64,000 bases of DNA from assembly GCA_002104945.1 (NCBI GenBank), contig MCFH01000062.1, positions 124,001-188,000 of the forward strand, read 5' to 3'. Source of the DNA: Piromyces finnis finn (lineage: Eukaryota > Fungi > Neocallimastigomycota). Shown here one piece after another: positions 46,501-57,900 of this stretch. The notes under the pieces were generated by a model. It was not told the origin of the DNA. It saw only the letters and a list, made by a program, of their open reading frames with translations, and searched no databases. The translations under genes were made by a program, and so were the position numbers. How positions within the stretch are numbered: position 1 is the first letter of the stretch; each line of letters opens with the position of its first letter.

Positions 46501-47645
46501 GTCTTATAATTTAAGAAAGGATTATGAATGGAAAGCCAATCACGTCCAAGTATTCCTGAGATTCCCTGAAGAAGCAAGTTCCCGATGCAGAATTCATATT
46601 TTTCTTCATGATCCATAATTCTTAATCTTAATGGTTTGGTTGCCTGCTTAATAATCATACTCTTACCATTGGGTAAATGTATATTGATTGGGGATGTCAA
46701 CCCTACAGTAGGAATTTTATTTGCATTCGCGAAGGTTTTGCAAATAAAACTTCTAGCAGACCCTGAGTCAATAAGAAAGTTTATTTTTAAGTTTTTAGTT
46801 CCTAAGTTCAAAAAACACATAGTAGTTATTGTGTTCTGTTTATCAGGAGTGTAATTAGTAGTAGCAGAAAGAATACTATGTTTTGCTTTACTCTTTTTAT
46901 GTCTATGAAATGGGTTTCCATTTTCTGTTTTGTTTAATTCAGCTTTCTTTCTTCCAAATGATTTGCTGCCTTTCTTTTGCATTTCGGTATGTTTGTTTCT
47001 AATGCAATTTTCCAAAAAACATTTTTTGTCAAGGTTAATTATAATATTTGTAGCTTCAAATAAACTATTTGGCTTATCCATTTTATCGTATTCCTCACGT
47101 ACTCGATCAACGAGTCCTTTACCAATGATGTCAATAAAAACGTCATCTGGCCAACCGATTCTACTTGCCAACCTTCGAAATTCAATGGTATATTCAGTAA
47201 CTTTCCCAAGTTGAAGCTGCTTTAGGTTCCATAACTTATTTATAAGCATATATTTTTGCTTACGTTCGTCTCCGGTATCGAAGTTATTAAGGAGTAGTTT
47301 TTTAAATTCATTAAAACTGAGAGTCCTAAGCGTTCCATCGATCAAAAGGGATAAACCCCACTTTCTAGCAATTCCATTAAGTTTATTTATAACAAACGCA
47401 TTTTTTTCTTCGTCGCTAGTAAATGATTTAGGATGATCCTTAAAGAATTCTTCGCTTTGGATTAATGTCTCTAGGACATTCTCTCTAGTGTTAGCTTCCT
47501 TTTCCTTCGATAATACACCGTTCGGAGAGAAGAAAGTGGGGATGAATTCCGTCATGGCTTCGATTAATTTAGAAGTCACAGTGCTCTTAGGGAATTCATC
47601 AGCATTAACTTCAACAGAGTCCTTATCAATACCATTGAGTTCCAT
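43599..47645 (-). CDS. Gag-Pol of element D (no Gag CCHC, no chromodomain)
   Basis: LIDSGS, LDLRSAY, YLDDIIIYS, ETDAS, HDSPINGHQG...CDIC, SDHGSQF, GQIERIN, HPVFHISQLEPY then stop. Collinear with C. Confidence 0.95.
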   Translation of the reverse strand: MELNGIDKDSVEVNADEFPKSTVTSKLIEAMTEFIPTFFSPNGVLSKEKEANTRENVLETLIQSEEFFKDHPKSFTSDEEKNAFVINKLNGIARKWGLSLLIDGTLRTLSFNEFKKLLLNNFDTGDERKQKYMLINKLWNLKQLQLGKVTEYTIEFRRLASRIGWPDDVFIDIIGKGLVDRVREEYDKMDKPNSLFEATNIIINLDKKCFLENCIRNKHTEMQKKGSKSFGRKKAELNKTENGNPFHRHKKSKAKHSILSATTNYTPDKQNTITTMCFLNLGTKNLKINFLIDSGSARSFICKTFANANKIPTVGLTSPINIHLPNGKSMIIKQATKPLRLRIMDHEEKYEFCIGNLLLQGISGILGRDWLSIHNPFLNYKTNKIYFLEKYCGKHCPSAKGNKFVYHSDEISAPMVNSLNNDSIIPDSISENELYDQDVCATILELDSFQDNAENNNIQILKKYYYDLTTVFQKQKADVLPPHRDYDMSIDLIPGGQLYFGPIYSLTIDEQKTLREYVNENLNKGFIRKSKSPAGAPVLFVKKHDGSLRLCVDYRRLNAITVRNSYPIPRINDMIESFKGASIFTRLDLRSAYNLVRIKEGHEYLTAFRTPIGHYEYLVMPFGLRNAPSVFQRFIQDVLAEVLGSFAQVYLDDIIIYSPNLKDHVSHVRTILKALIDNGLYVKLEKCDFHVKETTFLGFTVSTNGLLMDKNKVKSILEWPTPKNIKELQSFLGLCNFYRRFIKNFAEKMDPLRKLLRKNSVFNWDNIAATAFSKLKESFLTNEILIFPDPEKEFVVETDASDFAIGCILSQVSNNDNLLHPIAFYSRSLNNAECNYTIYDKELLAIITAFDTWRHHLEGAKFPVQVITDHRNLLYFKKPQLLSQRQIRWSMFLSRFDYRISYRPGSRGGKPDSLSRRSDYKIKHDNDCHRIIEDDVFCCTTDDNISHLIQFQKTDKFCKETFQKIKDNSGKVKSSLFTVINGVLHFQNRIIVPSPLKAKILKSFHDSPINGHQGIDKTIEKIKRYYWWPNLKKDVINYVLSCDICCRCKTRRHKPYGKILPLPIPNKPWEVIGVDFIVYLPSSQNCTCIMVTADHLTKMVHLVPCADVPSADLTAKLLLLNVFRYHGFPNMIISDHGSQFSSEFWTSLCSSLHIKPRLATAHHQQSNGQIERINSVIEQYLRCYCSSAQSDWCFYLPLCELAYNNSLHKSLGISPFFANYGFHPNFVIESPPSLLKDNASNLTRDWSSHFNALQQHLNKAKEDFKKYGDYRKLSGPKFKVDDLVWLKRYYFTNEPAKKLSSQYLGPFKIVEERNRMNYRLELPENLHIHPVFHISQLEPYTKRNPELE

Positions 47646-47947
47646 TATATTTAAATATAATTGTTATATAATATATATCACTAAAAAAAAAATTTTTTTA
47701 TTAATAAAATTTATATTATATATTTGAATACTTGTATATTTAAAATCACTATTATAAGAAAATAAACTATATGTCTTTTAATATTATCACTATATTTAAT
47801 TATTATTATTATTTGTCTTAAAATTTAAATTTTTTTTTTTTTTTTTTTTTTTTAACTAATTAATTGGAAATTTAATTTTTTTTTTTAAACTATTTAATTG
47901 GCAATTTAATTTTTTTTTTTTTTTTAAAACTATTTAATTGGTAATTT

Positions 47948-47984
<37 letters not shown>

Positions 47985-48050
47985 TATTTAATTGGTAATT
48001 TAATTTTTTTTTTAATCTAATTGGCTACTTAAAATTTATCTATCTACAGT

Positions 48051-48061
48051 AGAGTTATTAT
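48051..48061 (-). promoter_or_regulatory. Self-priming-type PBS of element D
   Basis: Minus-strand ATAATAACTCT directly after the 5' LTR; complementary site at 48299-48309. Confidence 0.8.
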
Positions 48062-48946
48062 TGTAATAATTATTATATATTTAATAATAATTATTATCTA
48101 CAATATAATAATACAAATCGTAATATGTATTATTAAATTGAGAAGTTTCTTAATAGTAAATAAAAATGAATACTTATCTTAAAGAGTTTATTATAAGTGA
48201 ATTATAATAACAAACACAAAATATTAAGACTATCTTTAATGTAAATATTTTTTATGAATATAGTTTTTGAAAGGGTTATTTATTATAATTGTCTTAAAAT
48301 AATAACTCTGGATTCTTTAGTGGAATTCCAGAGTCCTTATATTTATAATTTTTTGATAATTTAAAGTTTAATAAAGAATTTCTAATCTTAACAAATAATC
48401 TTTTTAGGAAAAGACTAGAAGAAAAACCTAAAAAGATATTCGATTGATAACTAATATATCAATCATCGTAATATTAAGTAAAACCGATTAAAATTCGGAA
48501 AAACCTTAATATCCGATTGTCCTAATATGTATTTATATTTTCTAATTGTTTCTATAAGTTATTTCAAGATACGATACATAAATATAAAATACAAACGTAA
48601 AATAAAATATATAATGTTTCTTATAAAATGTAATACAAAAATTATTAATTAAAAAATAAATGAATGTTTACTATTATTTTAAATATATTACTAAATTAAA
48701 TAAATAAATAATTAATATAGTAATTAAATAAATTTTAAATTAAGTAAATGAATAATTAATATCAATATAGATAAATGTTTATAGTAATTTAAATGAATGT
48801 ATGCTAATAGTTTAAATAAATAATTAATTTAATAATTAAAAAATAATTAAATAAGAATTAATTTATACAAAAAATAATTATTAATTCTTACATAAACAGA
48901 TTCGTTACACATAGCTTCTTTGTACTTAGTTGGAGCATCAGTAAAT

Positions 48947-49940
48947 TGTGAAGATATTAACTGAATTTAAAACAAATTCAGATAATATCTATAATTAATT
49001 AAACATAATAATTAGAATTAAATAATCCCAATAATTATTTTAAAACACCTTTAAAAGTCACCTTTTTAAATTCTGATTCAGTGAAAGGGTTATGATTTCA
49101 AAAATTTAATATCAATACACTATAACCCTTAACTAAAACTAAACAAACACGAAACAAGGCATAACTCGCCAAAAACGAGCGCTACGGTAAGTGCTACGGC
49201 TGTGAAACCAAGTTTATTAGAAAGCTTAAGGAAAAGGCTACATTTTGGTACAATCGCGGTCCTTCTAACAGGTCATTTAAGGAAGATATGATCATTCGAA
49301 GATTTTAATAAGTAAATTAAAATTAATATGATATCAAGTATGGATCATAGACATTTCTTATGACTTGACGAAAATTAAAAAGATATCAATAGAAATTCTA
49401 ATTATATTAATTTAATTAATGATAGTGACTGTTACTAAAAATAGAACTAAACCATTTAGGTGTAACAGTTAACATTTATAAATTAAATAATTTTAATTAT
49501 TATAAAATAGGTTAATGGATCAAGTGTTTAAATGATTAATCATATGTTTATTTTATTTTATGTCATGACAAAACAAACAAACAAACAAACAAACAATCTT
49601 ATTATATTATTAACATATTACATGTAATACTTTATTTTTATCAATTTAATAATCTGAACAAAGAATATAAAATAGAATGAATTGAATTTGATTTTAATTC
49701 TTTGTAAAGATTATAGTTATAATCTTAATTATATAGTTATTAAATATATTATCATTTATATTATTATTACTAAATAAATAAAATTTTATAAAAGGTTATT
49801 CTAAAGAATAAATATTAATTTTTCATTTGGAAGTTTTAAAGTGTTATTTTATATTTAAATTTAATTTCTTAAAAAACATATTTACTATATAATTAATAAC
49901 ATTCTGACCTGGCCGCATAACCAAATCCCAAAACTTAACA
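48947..49940. mobile_element. Solo LTR E1 (994 bp) inserted in the Copia linker
   Basis: TGTGAAG...TTAACA; TSD TAAAT (48942-48946, 49941-49945). Removal restores the Copia frame FIATLFTDAPTKYKEAM. Confidence 0.88.
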
Positions 49941-50007
49941 TAAATAAGGTAGCTATAAATTTATATTTGTGCTTCTTAGAAGTACCAGAATTATACAAAG
50001 AGGTAGA

Positions 50008-50118
50008 TGTAATGTTGAACTCTGGAAGAATAGATTAGGATATCTATTCTATTACAATAACACTAAAATTTAAAATAAGAAAAAAAATTGTTTTTATAAA
50101 AATATCTTTTATTATAAT
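50008..50118 (-). mobile_element. 3' end of a B/J-family LTR, inverted and truncated
   Basis: Reverse complement matches 11345-11449 and 63560-63666 (GAATAGATTAGGATATCTATTCTATTACAATAACAC). Confidence 0.7.
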
Positions 50119-50136
50119 TGTAACGATGATAAATAA
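50119..50136 (+). mobile_element. 18-bp stub of a TGTAACGA-type LTR start
   Basis: TGTAACGATGATAAATAA then LTR E2. The rest is missing. Confidence 0.35.
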
Positions 50137-51130
50137 TGTTAAGTTTTTGGATTTGGTTATGCGGCCAGGTCAGAATGTTATCAATTATATAGTAAATATG
50201 TTTTAAGAAATTAAATTTAAATATAAAATAACCCTTTAAACTTCCAAATGAAAAATTAATATTTATTCTTTAGAATAACCTTTTATAAAATTTTATTTAT
50301 TTAGTAATAATAATATAAATGATAATATATTTAATAACTATATAATTAAGATTATAACTATAATCTTTACAAAGAATTAAAATCAAATTCAATTCATTCT
50401 ATTTTATATTCTTTGTTCAGATTATTAAATTGATAAAAATAAAGTATTACATGTAATATGTTAATAATATAATAAGATTGTTTGTTTGTTTGTTTGTTTG
50501 TTTTGTCATGACATAAAATAAAATAAACATATGATTAATCATTTAAACACTTGATCCATTAACCTATTTTATAATAATTAAAATTATTTAATTTATAAAT
50601 GTTAACTGTTACACCTAAATGGTTTAGTTCTATTTTTAGTAACAGTCACTATCATTAATTAAATTAATATAATTAGAATTTCTATTGATATCTTTTTAAT
50701 TTTCGTCAAGTCATAAGAAATGTCTATGATCCATACTTGATATCATATTAATTTTAATTTACTTATTAAAATCTTCGAATGATCATATCTTCCTTAAATG
50801 ACCTGTTAGAAGGACCGCGATTGTACCAAAATGTAGCCTTTTCCTTAAGCTTTCTAATAAACTTGGTTTCACAGCCGTAGCACTTACAACCGTAGTGCTC
50901 GTTTTTGGCGAGTTATGCGTAGTTTCGTATTTGTTTATTTTTGGCTAAGGGTTATAGTGTATTGATATTAAATTTTTTGAAATCATAACCCTTTCACTGA
51001 ACCAAAATTTAAAAGGTGACTTTTAAAGGTGTTTTAAAATAATTATTGGGATTATTTAATTCTAATTATTATGTTTAATTAATTATAGATATTATCTGAA
51101 TTTGTTTTAAATCCAGTTAATATCTTCACA
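50137..51130. mobile_element. LTR E2 (994 bp), inverted relative to E1, no TSD
   Basis: Near-identical reverse complement of 48947-49940. Confidence 0.88.
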
Positions 51131-51187
51131 CACTTTCTATATTCATTTATAGAATTAAGATAATATTTTTCTTCGTATCACAAATAC

Positions 51188-51633
51188 TGTAAAAGGTGTT
51201 TATATATATTAGTTAATAGGTTAAATATAACAAGTTAATTAAGTTAGTTATTACCTCTCTATACGAGTTAATAACTAAATAAAGTTTTATAAAAAATAAT
51301 AAAAGAACTAAAATAAATATTATAACACAAAAATAAATATAACACAAATAAATATTAATATGAGATATTATTTACTTAAATAATTATTATAATTATTATC
51401 TTTTATTTATTAGTTATAATTATATACATTAATTATTATTATAGCTATTAATTTACTTTAATACTAACGCTAAAGTATTTAACGTTAGTTTTAACTATAC
51501 TATTTAACTATATTAGTTTATTTTCTTTACCACTTGATTGGGTAAAGCAAATAAACTTCCTATTTAATTAATAACCATTAATATATGGTTATACATATAT
51601 CTGGCCAATAAATGGTGACCAGAATATATGGTT
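51188..51633 (-). mobile_element. Family F LTR (F3), inverted, 5' end replaced by E3
   Basis: Reverse complement of about 255-699. Confidence 0.85.
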
Positions 51634-52765
51634 TGTTAAGTTTTTGGGTTTGGTTATGCGGCCAGGTCAGAATGTTATTAATTATATAGTAAAAATGTTT
51701 TTTAAGAAATTAAATTTAATTATAAAATAACACCTTAAACTCCCAAATGAAAAATGAAAAATTTATATTTACTTTAAAATAACTTTTTATAAATTTTTTA
51801 TTTATTTAATAATAATAATATAAATGATATTATAAGTAACTATATAATTAAGATTATAACTATAATCTTTACAAAGAATTAAAATCGAATTCAATTCATT
51901 CTCTTTTATATTCTTTGTTCAGATTATTAAATTGATATTAATAAGAATAAAGTATTACATGTAATATATTAGTAATATAATTAAATAAGTAATAAGATTG
52001 TTTGTTTGTTGGTTTGTTTGTCATGACATAAAATAAAATAAACATATGATTAATCATTTAAACAGTTGATCCTAATTAGTAATTATAAAAACTATTCAAT
52101 TAATAATTCATCATTATTAATTGATATTACCATAACATATTTGTTATAATTAAATAATTATTATTTTCAAAATTATTTCTAATAAAACTTGCCGTTAACC
52201 TATTTTATAATAATTAAGATTATTTAATTTATAGGTGTTAACTGTTGCACCTAAATGGTCTAGTTCTATTTTTAGTAACAATCGTTATCATTAATTAAAT
52301 TAATATAACTAAAATTCCTATTGATATATTTTTAATTTCATCAAGTCATAAGAAATATTTATGATCCATACTTGATATCATATTGATTTTAATTTACCTA
52401 ATAAAATCTTTAAATGATCATAACTTCCTTAAATGATCAGTTAGAAGGACCGCGATTGTACCAAATTGTAGCTTTCTTCCTAAGCTTTCCAATAAACCTA
52501 GTTTCATCACCGTAGCACTTACAGCCGTAGCGATCGTTTTTTGGCGAGTTACACCTTATTTCGTACTTGCTTATTTTTGGTTAAGGGTTATAGTGTATTG
52601 ATATTAAATTTTTGAAATCATAACCCTTTCACTGAATCAAAATTTAAAAGGTGACTTTTAAAAGTGTTTTAAAATAGTTATTGAAATTATTTAGTTATAA
52701 TTATTATGTTTAATTAATTATAGATATTATCTGAATTTGTTTTAAATCCAGTTAATATCTTCACA
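51634..52765. mobile_element. LTR E3, a more diverged E copy with a ~130-bp extra segment, same orientation as E2
   Basis: TGTTAAG...CTTCACA, collinear with E2. Confidence 0.85.
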
Positions 52766-52911
52766 TAATTCCATTCTTGTATACTCATTTGTTCTGGAAG
52801 TTTCGTTATATTGTAACGATGTAAGAAATAATAATTATTTCAATCTAAATAATTAATATTTTTTATTAGTTTAATAATTTATTTATTTATTTAGTTACAT
52901 AATATTCTATA

Positions 52912-53180
52912 CACTTAATTTATTTAGTTAAATAATAATTTATACACTTAATTTATTTATTTAATTTATTTAGTTAAATAATATTTTATGCACTTAATTT
53001 ATTTATTTAATTTATTTAGTTAAATAATATTTTATGCACTTAATTTATTTATTTAATTTATTTAGTTAAATAATATTTTATACACTTATTTTATTTATTT
53101 AATTTATTTAGTTAAATAATATTTTATGCACTTAATTTATTTATTTAATTTATTTAGTTAAATAATATTTTATACATTTG
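52912..53180 (+). repeat. 46-bp tandem repeat within LTR H (about 5.7 copies)
   Basis: CACTTAATTTATTTATTTAATTTATTTAGTTAAATAATATTTTAT(G/A) at 52945, 52991, 53037, 53083, 53129. Confidence 0.9.
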
Positions 53181-54622
53181 ATTTTTAAATAATATTTATA
53201 TATAAGAATCCTGTAATTTAATTGTGTATTACTAATTAATTTACATATTATATCTAAACACGGATTTACTTTAGGAAATCGGTATTTTAAGGTTTTCCCG
53301 ATTATTATAATTGGTTTTACTTAAAATTTACACGATGACTAATATGATTAGAATATTGGTCGAAAACTTGTTTAGGTTTTTCTTCTAGTCTTTTCCTAAA
53401 CATTTAATTTGTTAAGATTAGAACCCATTTATTTAACCTTAATTTCTAATAAAAATATAAATAAGACACTCTTGAAATTCTTTAGAAATTCAAGAGTTAT
53501 TATTATAAGAAAAATTAATTATAATAAATAACAAATAATTCTATTTTAATAAAAAACATATTATTAAAACATAATTTTAATACATCTCACTCTTATCCTC
53601 CTTCCCATTTGTGTTTTTGTTGTTTATTATAAATCCTTATAATAAACTCGCTAAGTTCTAATCTTAATTCTATATTTAATTTTTTATTATTTTTTTCTTT
53701 CTATATACATATAATTTAATATTAAATTTTAATATTGAGTTATCAATAAGTAATTATATTGTACTATTTATTATATACATTACAATATAATTTGTAAAAT
53801 ATTGTATTAGTTAAATGTATTAGTTAAATAATGTATTTAATACGTATGTAGAACAATGTATAATGTATTGAATTAATGTACCGTAAATTTTACAAAAATT
53901 TACATCACAATACATTAACATAAATTTATGTAAATTTAATTTTATGATAAGATAAAGTTTTGATGATAAAATAAAATTTTAAAATTAAATAATTTTTAAC
54001 CAATAAATATTTGAGATAAGAAAAAATTTTTTTTATAAACTAAGCCTCAAAATTAGAAATAAATAAATTAAATATATGTTTGAAATATAATCAACCATAT
54101 AGTAAATAAATCAAAACTTTATTTTAAGTTTAGAAAATTCTTTAGTAAATAAATTGAATTTAAATAGTTTAATACAAATAATTTCTTTTAATAAATGTAT
54201 AAATGTAAACAATGTAAAATTATAATATTAAAACATGTATATTAGAATTTATTCAATTTATTTAAAAAGTATAAATAAAGAAAATTTCTCAACTATTGAA
54301 ACGATAGTTGGAAAATAGTAATTAATACAATTGTATCATTAGTATTAATAATATTAGATTATTAATAAAGCTTATAATAAAACATTTTTTATTTAATTGA
54401 AAACTGATTACCTAGCGAAGGCTCTGGTTAAATAACCTTCGTGGTAAAGTAATCAGCAGTTGTCATAGTTTAGAAGATAAAGTTATTATTTAAATAAATA
54501 AAAAAGTATTAAAAAATAAATTGGAATTTTTTCTTTCTTTTGTTTTGTATTGTTGTTTTGTTAGCACAGACCTAAATCCAATAATTTAATTTAAAGGTTA
54601 GATTTAAATTAAATATTTTACA

Positions 54623-54633
54623 ATTTTCCAACT
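54623..54633 (+). promoter_or_regulatory. Self-priming-type PBS of element G
   Basis: ATTTTCCAACT is the reverse complement of AGTTGGAAAAT at 54306-54316. Confidence 0.8.
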
Positions 54634-54761
54634 TTTTAGAATAGTGGATTTACCTTTGTGTGGGAAATAAATAAATAAATAAATAAATAAAAAAAAAAAA
54701 AAAAAAAATTTAAATAGTGAGAATTTAATATTAGAATTAAATTCGGGGATATATATATGTG

Positions 54762-54794
<33 letters not shown>

Positions 54795-54901
54795 GATTTT
54801 AGAATAGAAAGGAATTTGTAGGATTTGGATAATCGAGGATTAAAATTTTGGAAATAAGGAATAATTTAGATTGTATTGTTTGGTGGATAATATATTTTAG
54901 T

Positions 54902-57900
54902 ATGAACGGGGAATATAGGTATATCGACAACTGTAATGGTAATGGAGTAGCTGGAATCAGTGACGACGATTCTGAGGCTAGCTCCATGGAAATAGAACAT
55001 GAGGATGGCGAAATCGTCAACGCCAGGGATAACCTCATACCAAGACCACCGAAGTTTTATGGAAAAAGGAATGAGTTAGCAAGTTTCTTTGCTAAACTCG
55101 AAAAATATTTCAAGTATAATCTAAGACAGAATGCTACCGAAGCTTACAAGATTGATGTACTTAGTTGCTATTTAGAAGGACCCGCCGCCGAATGGTATGC
55201 CGACTTGGAGAAAGAAGAAAGCCCTTTAATAAAATCTTATGAAGACCTTAAAGCCGCAATGCAAGCAAGGTACCGAACGTGCACGAGTTCTGATGTGGCT
55301 AATAGAAGATTAACGAAGCTCAACTACAAACAATTCAAAAGTGTGATGGATTACTGCGACTGTTTCGAAAAAACTTCTAGGGACTCGTCTTTTGACGATG
55401 AAGCCAAGATACATTTCTTTGTAGAAGGATTGCCGCCGTCTGTTCAGGAGAAGACAAAACTAGTATATCCTAAGATAAGAAAGCTGTATGATCTAATCAA
55501 TACTGTAGCTGCCAATATTGAAGAAGACTGGAGAATCTACGGAAAGGACCCAATGAATATAGATGGAGAAAGAGGAAGAAGATATAACCGGAATCTAGGA
55601 AAGCGACTCTACCAAGGGAATTATGGGATGAAATTCAACAACTACCGAGACTTTCATCACGAGGAAAAAGTACAAAAGACCAAGAAATGCTTCATTTGTA
55701 AATCAACAGGACATTTGAAGAAGGATTGCCCAATGCTCAAAGATAAATTGGCAAACCGCCCAAAAGCATTCATGATCAAGGAAAACAGAAAACAGCACTT
55801 ATTGAATGTTTTCGATGTTGTACTTCATGTCAATCGAGGAATCTCACTAAATGCGTTAGTTGACTCAGGATCCGACTTGGAATTCATGGATTGGAAAACG
55901 GTCAATAAATATAGAATACCAATCCAAAGGATGATGAAAGACAAGTTTGTGGAAGGACTGAGAGGAAATGGATTACTGAAGTATGAAACGATCCCGTTGA
56001 TCATGTCTATCGGCAATCACAAGGAGTCTATTCAATTTTATATTACGACTCTACCTTCAGACGTATCACTTATTTTAGGAAACAAATGGCTAAGAAAACA
56101 TGATCCGATTATCAGTTTCAAGAATCAAAAATTAGAGTTTAAGTCTGAATTTTGTAAGACGAATTGTTGCGCTACTGATGAAGAAATAAATGAAAGAATT
56201 GAACAAAATAAATTAAAAGAAGAGGAAGATAAAAGAAAGAGATTAGAGTTAGCTGAAGAAATTATTAATAATTATAAGAATAGTTTAGTTATTAGAGATA
56301 GTAAACTTAAAAATAAAGAAAATGTATTAGTAATAGAAAAGAAAAAGAAAAAGTCATGTATAAATAAAAAATGTAAAACATCAAAATTAAATAAAATTCT
56401 TCATCAAAAATACTTAGTATGTTGTGCGATTACAAGTGATAATGATGGTACACCTGAAGTCCCAAATGAATACAAAGAATTTAAAAATGTATTTGATGAA
56501 ATTGAGTGTAATGAGTTACCTCCTCATCGAATATATGACTGTAAGATTAAATTAAAGGATGATAATGAATTATTTTATGGACCATTATATCCTCTAACCG
56601 AGGAAGAGAGGGAAACGTTAAAGGAATATTTAAAAGAAAATCTAGAAAAAGGATTCATAAGACCCTCAACTTCACCTGCTGGAGCACCTGTACTGTTCGT
56701 TAGGAAAAAGGATGGAACTTTAAGATTGTGTGTTGACTACCGAAGACTCAATGAAAACACAATTAGGGATTCATATCCGTTACCTCTTATATCCGAATTA
56801 TTCGATAGGTTAAGAGAAGCTAAAATTTTTACTAAACTTGATCTCAAGTCTGCTTATAATCTAGTCCGAATAAATAAAGGCGATGAATATAAAACTGCAT
56901 TTAGGACAAGATTCGGTCACTTTGAATATCTTGTCATGCCGTTCGGATTAAAAAACGCTCCTGCAACCTTCCAACATTTTATCAATGATGTCCTCGGGGA
57001 ATATTTGGATGAATTCGCGTTTTCTTATATTGATGATATTCTTATCTATTCAAAAGACTTAGAAGAACACCGAACTCACGTAAAGAAAGTCCTTAAAAAA
57101 TTACAAGAAAATGGGTTATATGTAAAATTAAGCAAATGCGAATTTGAAACGAATAAAACGTCATTTTTAGGTCACATAATTTCGGACAAGGGCATCTCCA
57201 TGGATCCAAAGAAGGTAGAAGCAATTATGAATTGGCCAATTCCAAAGACTGTAAAGGAAGTTCAATCATTTTTGGGTTTATGCAATTACTATAGAAGATT
57301 CATTCCGAACTTTGCAGAAATAGCGAAACCTTTGCACAATCTAACAAAGAAAAATGTAGTTTTTGACTGGACTATAATTTGTAATAATGCTTTTGAGAAG
57401 TTAAAGCAGTGCTTCACTGAAGAACCAATTTTAGTACATGCCGATCCAGAATTACCTTATATAGTGGAAACTGATGCTAGTGATTTTGCAATTGGTGCAG
57501 TATTATCTCAAAGAATAAACAATAAGGAACTACATCCAATTTGTTATTTTTCAAGAGGACTTACTAAGTCAGAAAAGAACTATCCGATCTACGATAAAGA
57601 ATTATTAGCGGTTATATGTGCACTTAAAGAATGGAGACATTATTTGGAAGGAGCTAAGCATCAATTCACTGTGTTTACAGATCACAAGAATCTTACCTTT
57701 CCAAGAAAGCCTGAATTATTATCTCAAAGACAAATTCGATGGAATTTGTTCTTAACTCGTTACGACTTCAAACTCCAATACAGACCAGGAAAAGAGGGAG
57801 GAAAACCGGACTCATTTTCAAGAAGACCTGACTTTCAAAAAGAGGAAATTAAAGATGAAGAAACATTTTCTTGCTTAACTATAAAAGAAATTAAGGAAAA

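Larger units (their letters stand above)
42744..48892 (-). mobile_element. Full-length Ty3/Gypsy element D, same clade as C, opposite orientation (LTRs 48062-48892 and 42744-43573; TSD TAAAC)
   Basis: TAAAC at 42739-42743 and 48893-48897. LTRs differ at about 3 positions. PPT AAAAGGGAGCAA on the minus strand. Confidence 0.95.
36098..48909 (-). mobile_element. K-family solo LTR (about 440 bp: 36098-36521 plus 48893-48909), split by elements C and D
   Basis: Termini TGTAACG...CGTTACA. TSD CATAG at 36093-36097 and 48910-48914. Removing it restores the Copia frame KYKEAM|SCTFTNS. Confidence 0.85.
34069..50007 (-). mobile_element. Decayed Ty1/Copia element split by nested insertions (pieces 34069-36097, 48910-48946, 49946-50007)
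   Basis: PPT GAGGGGGAG then LTR start TGTAAACA at 34799. RNase H, RT and linker motifs run leftward. The reading frame rejoins across the K and E1 insertions. Confidence 0.85.

Noticed and set aside
49150-49290. Small ORF in the GC-richer part of the E LTR
   Set aside because: No ATG and no recognisable motif; only LTR copies are available.
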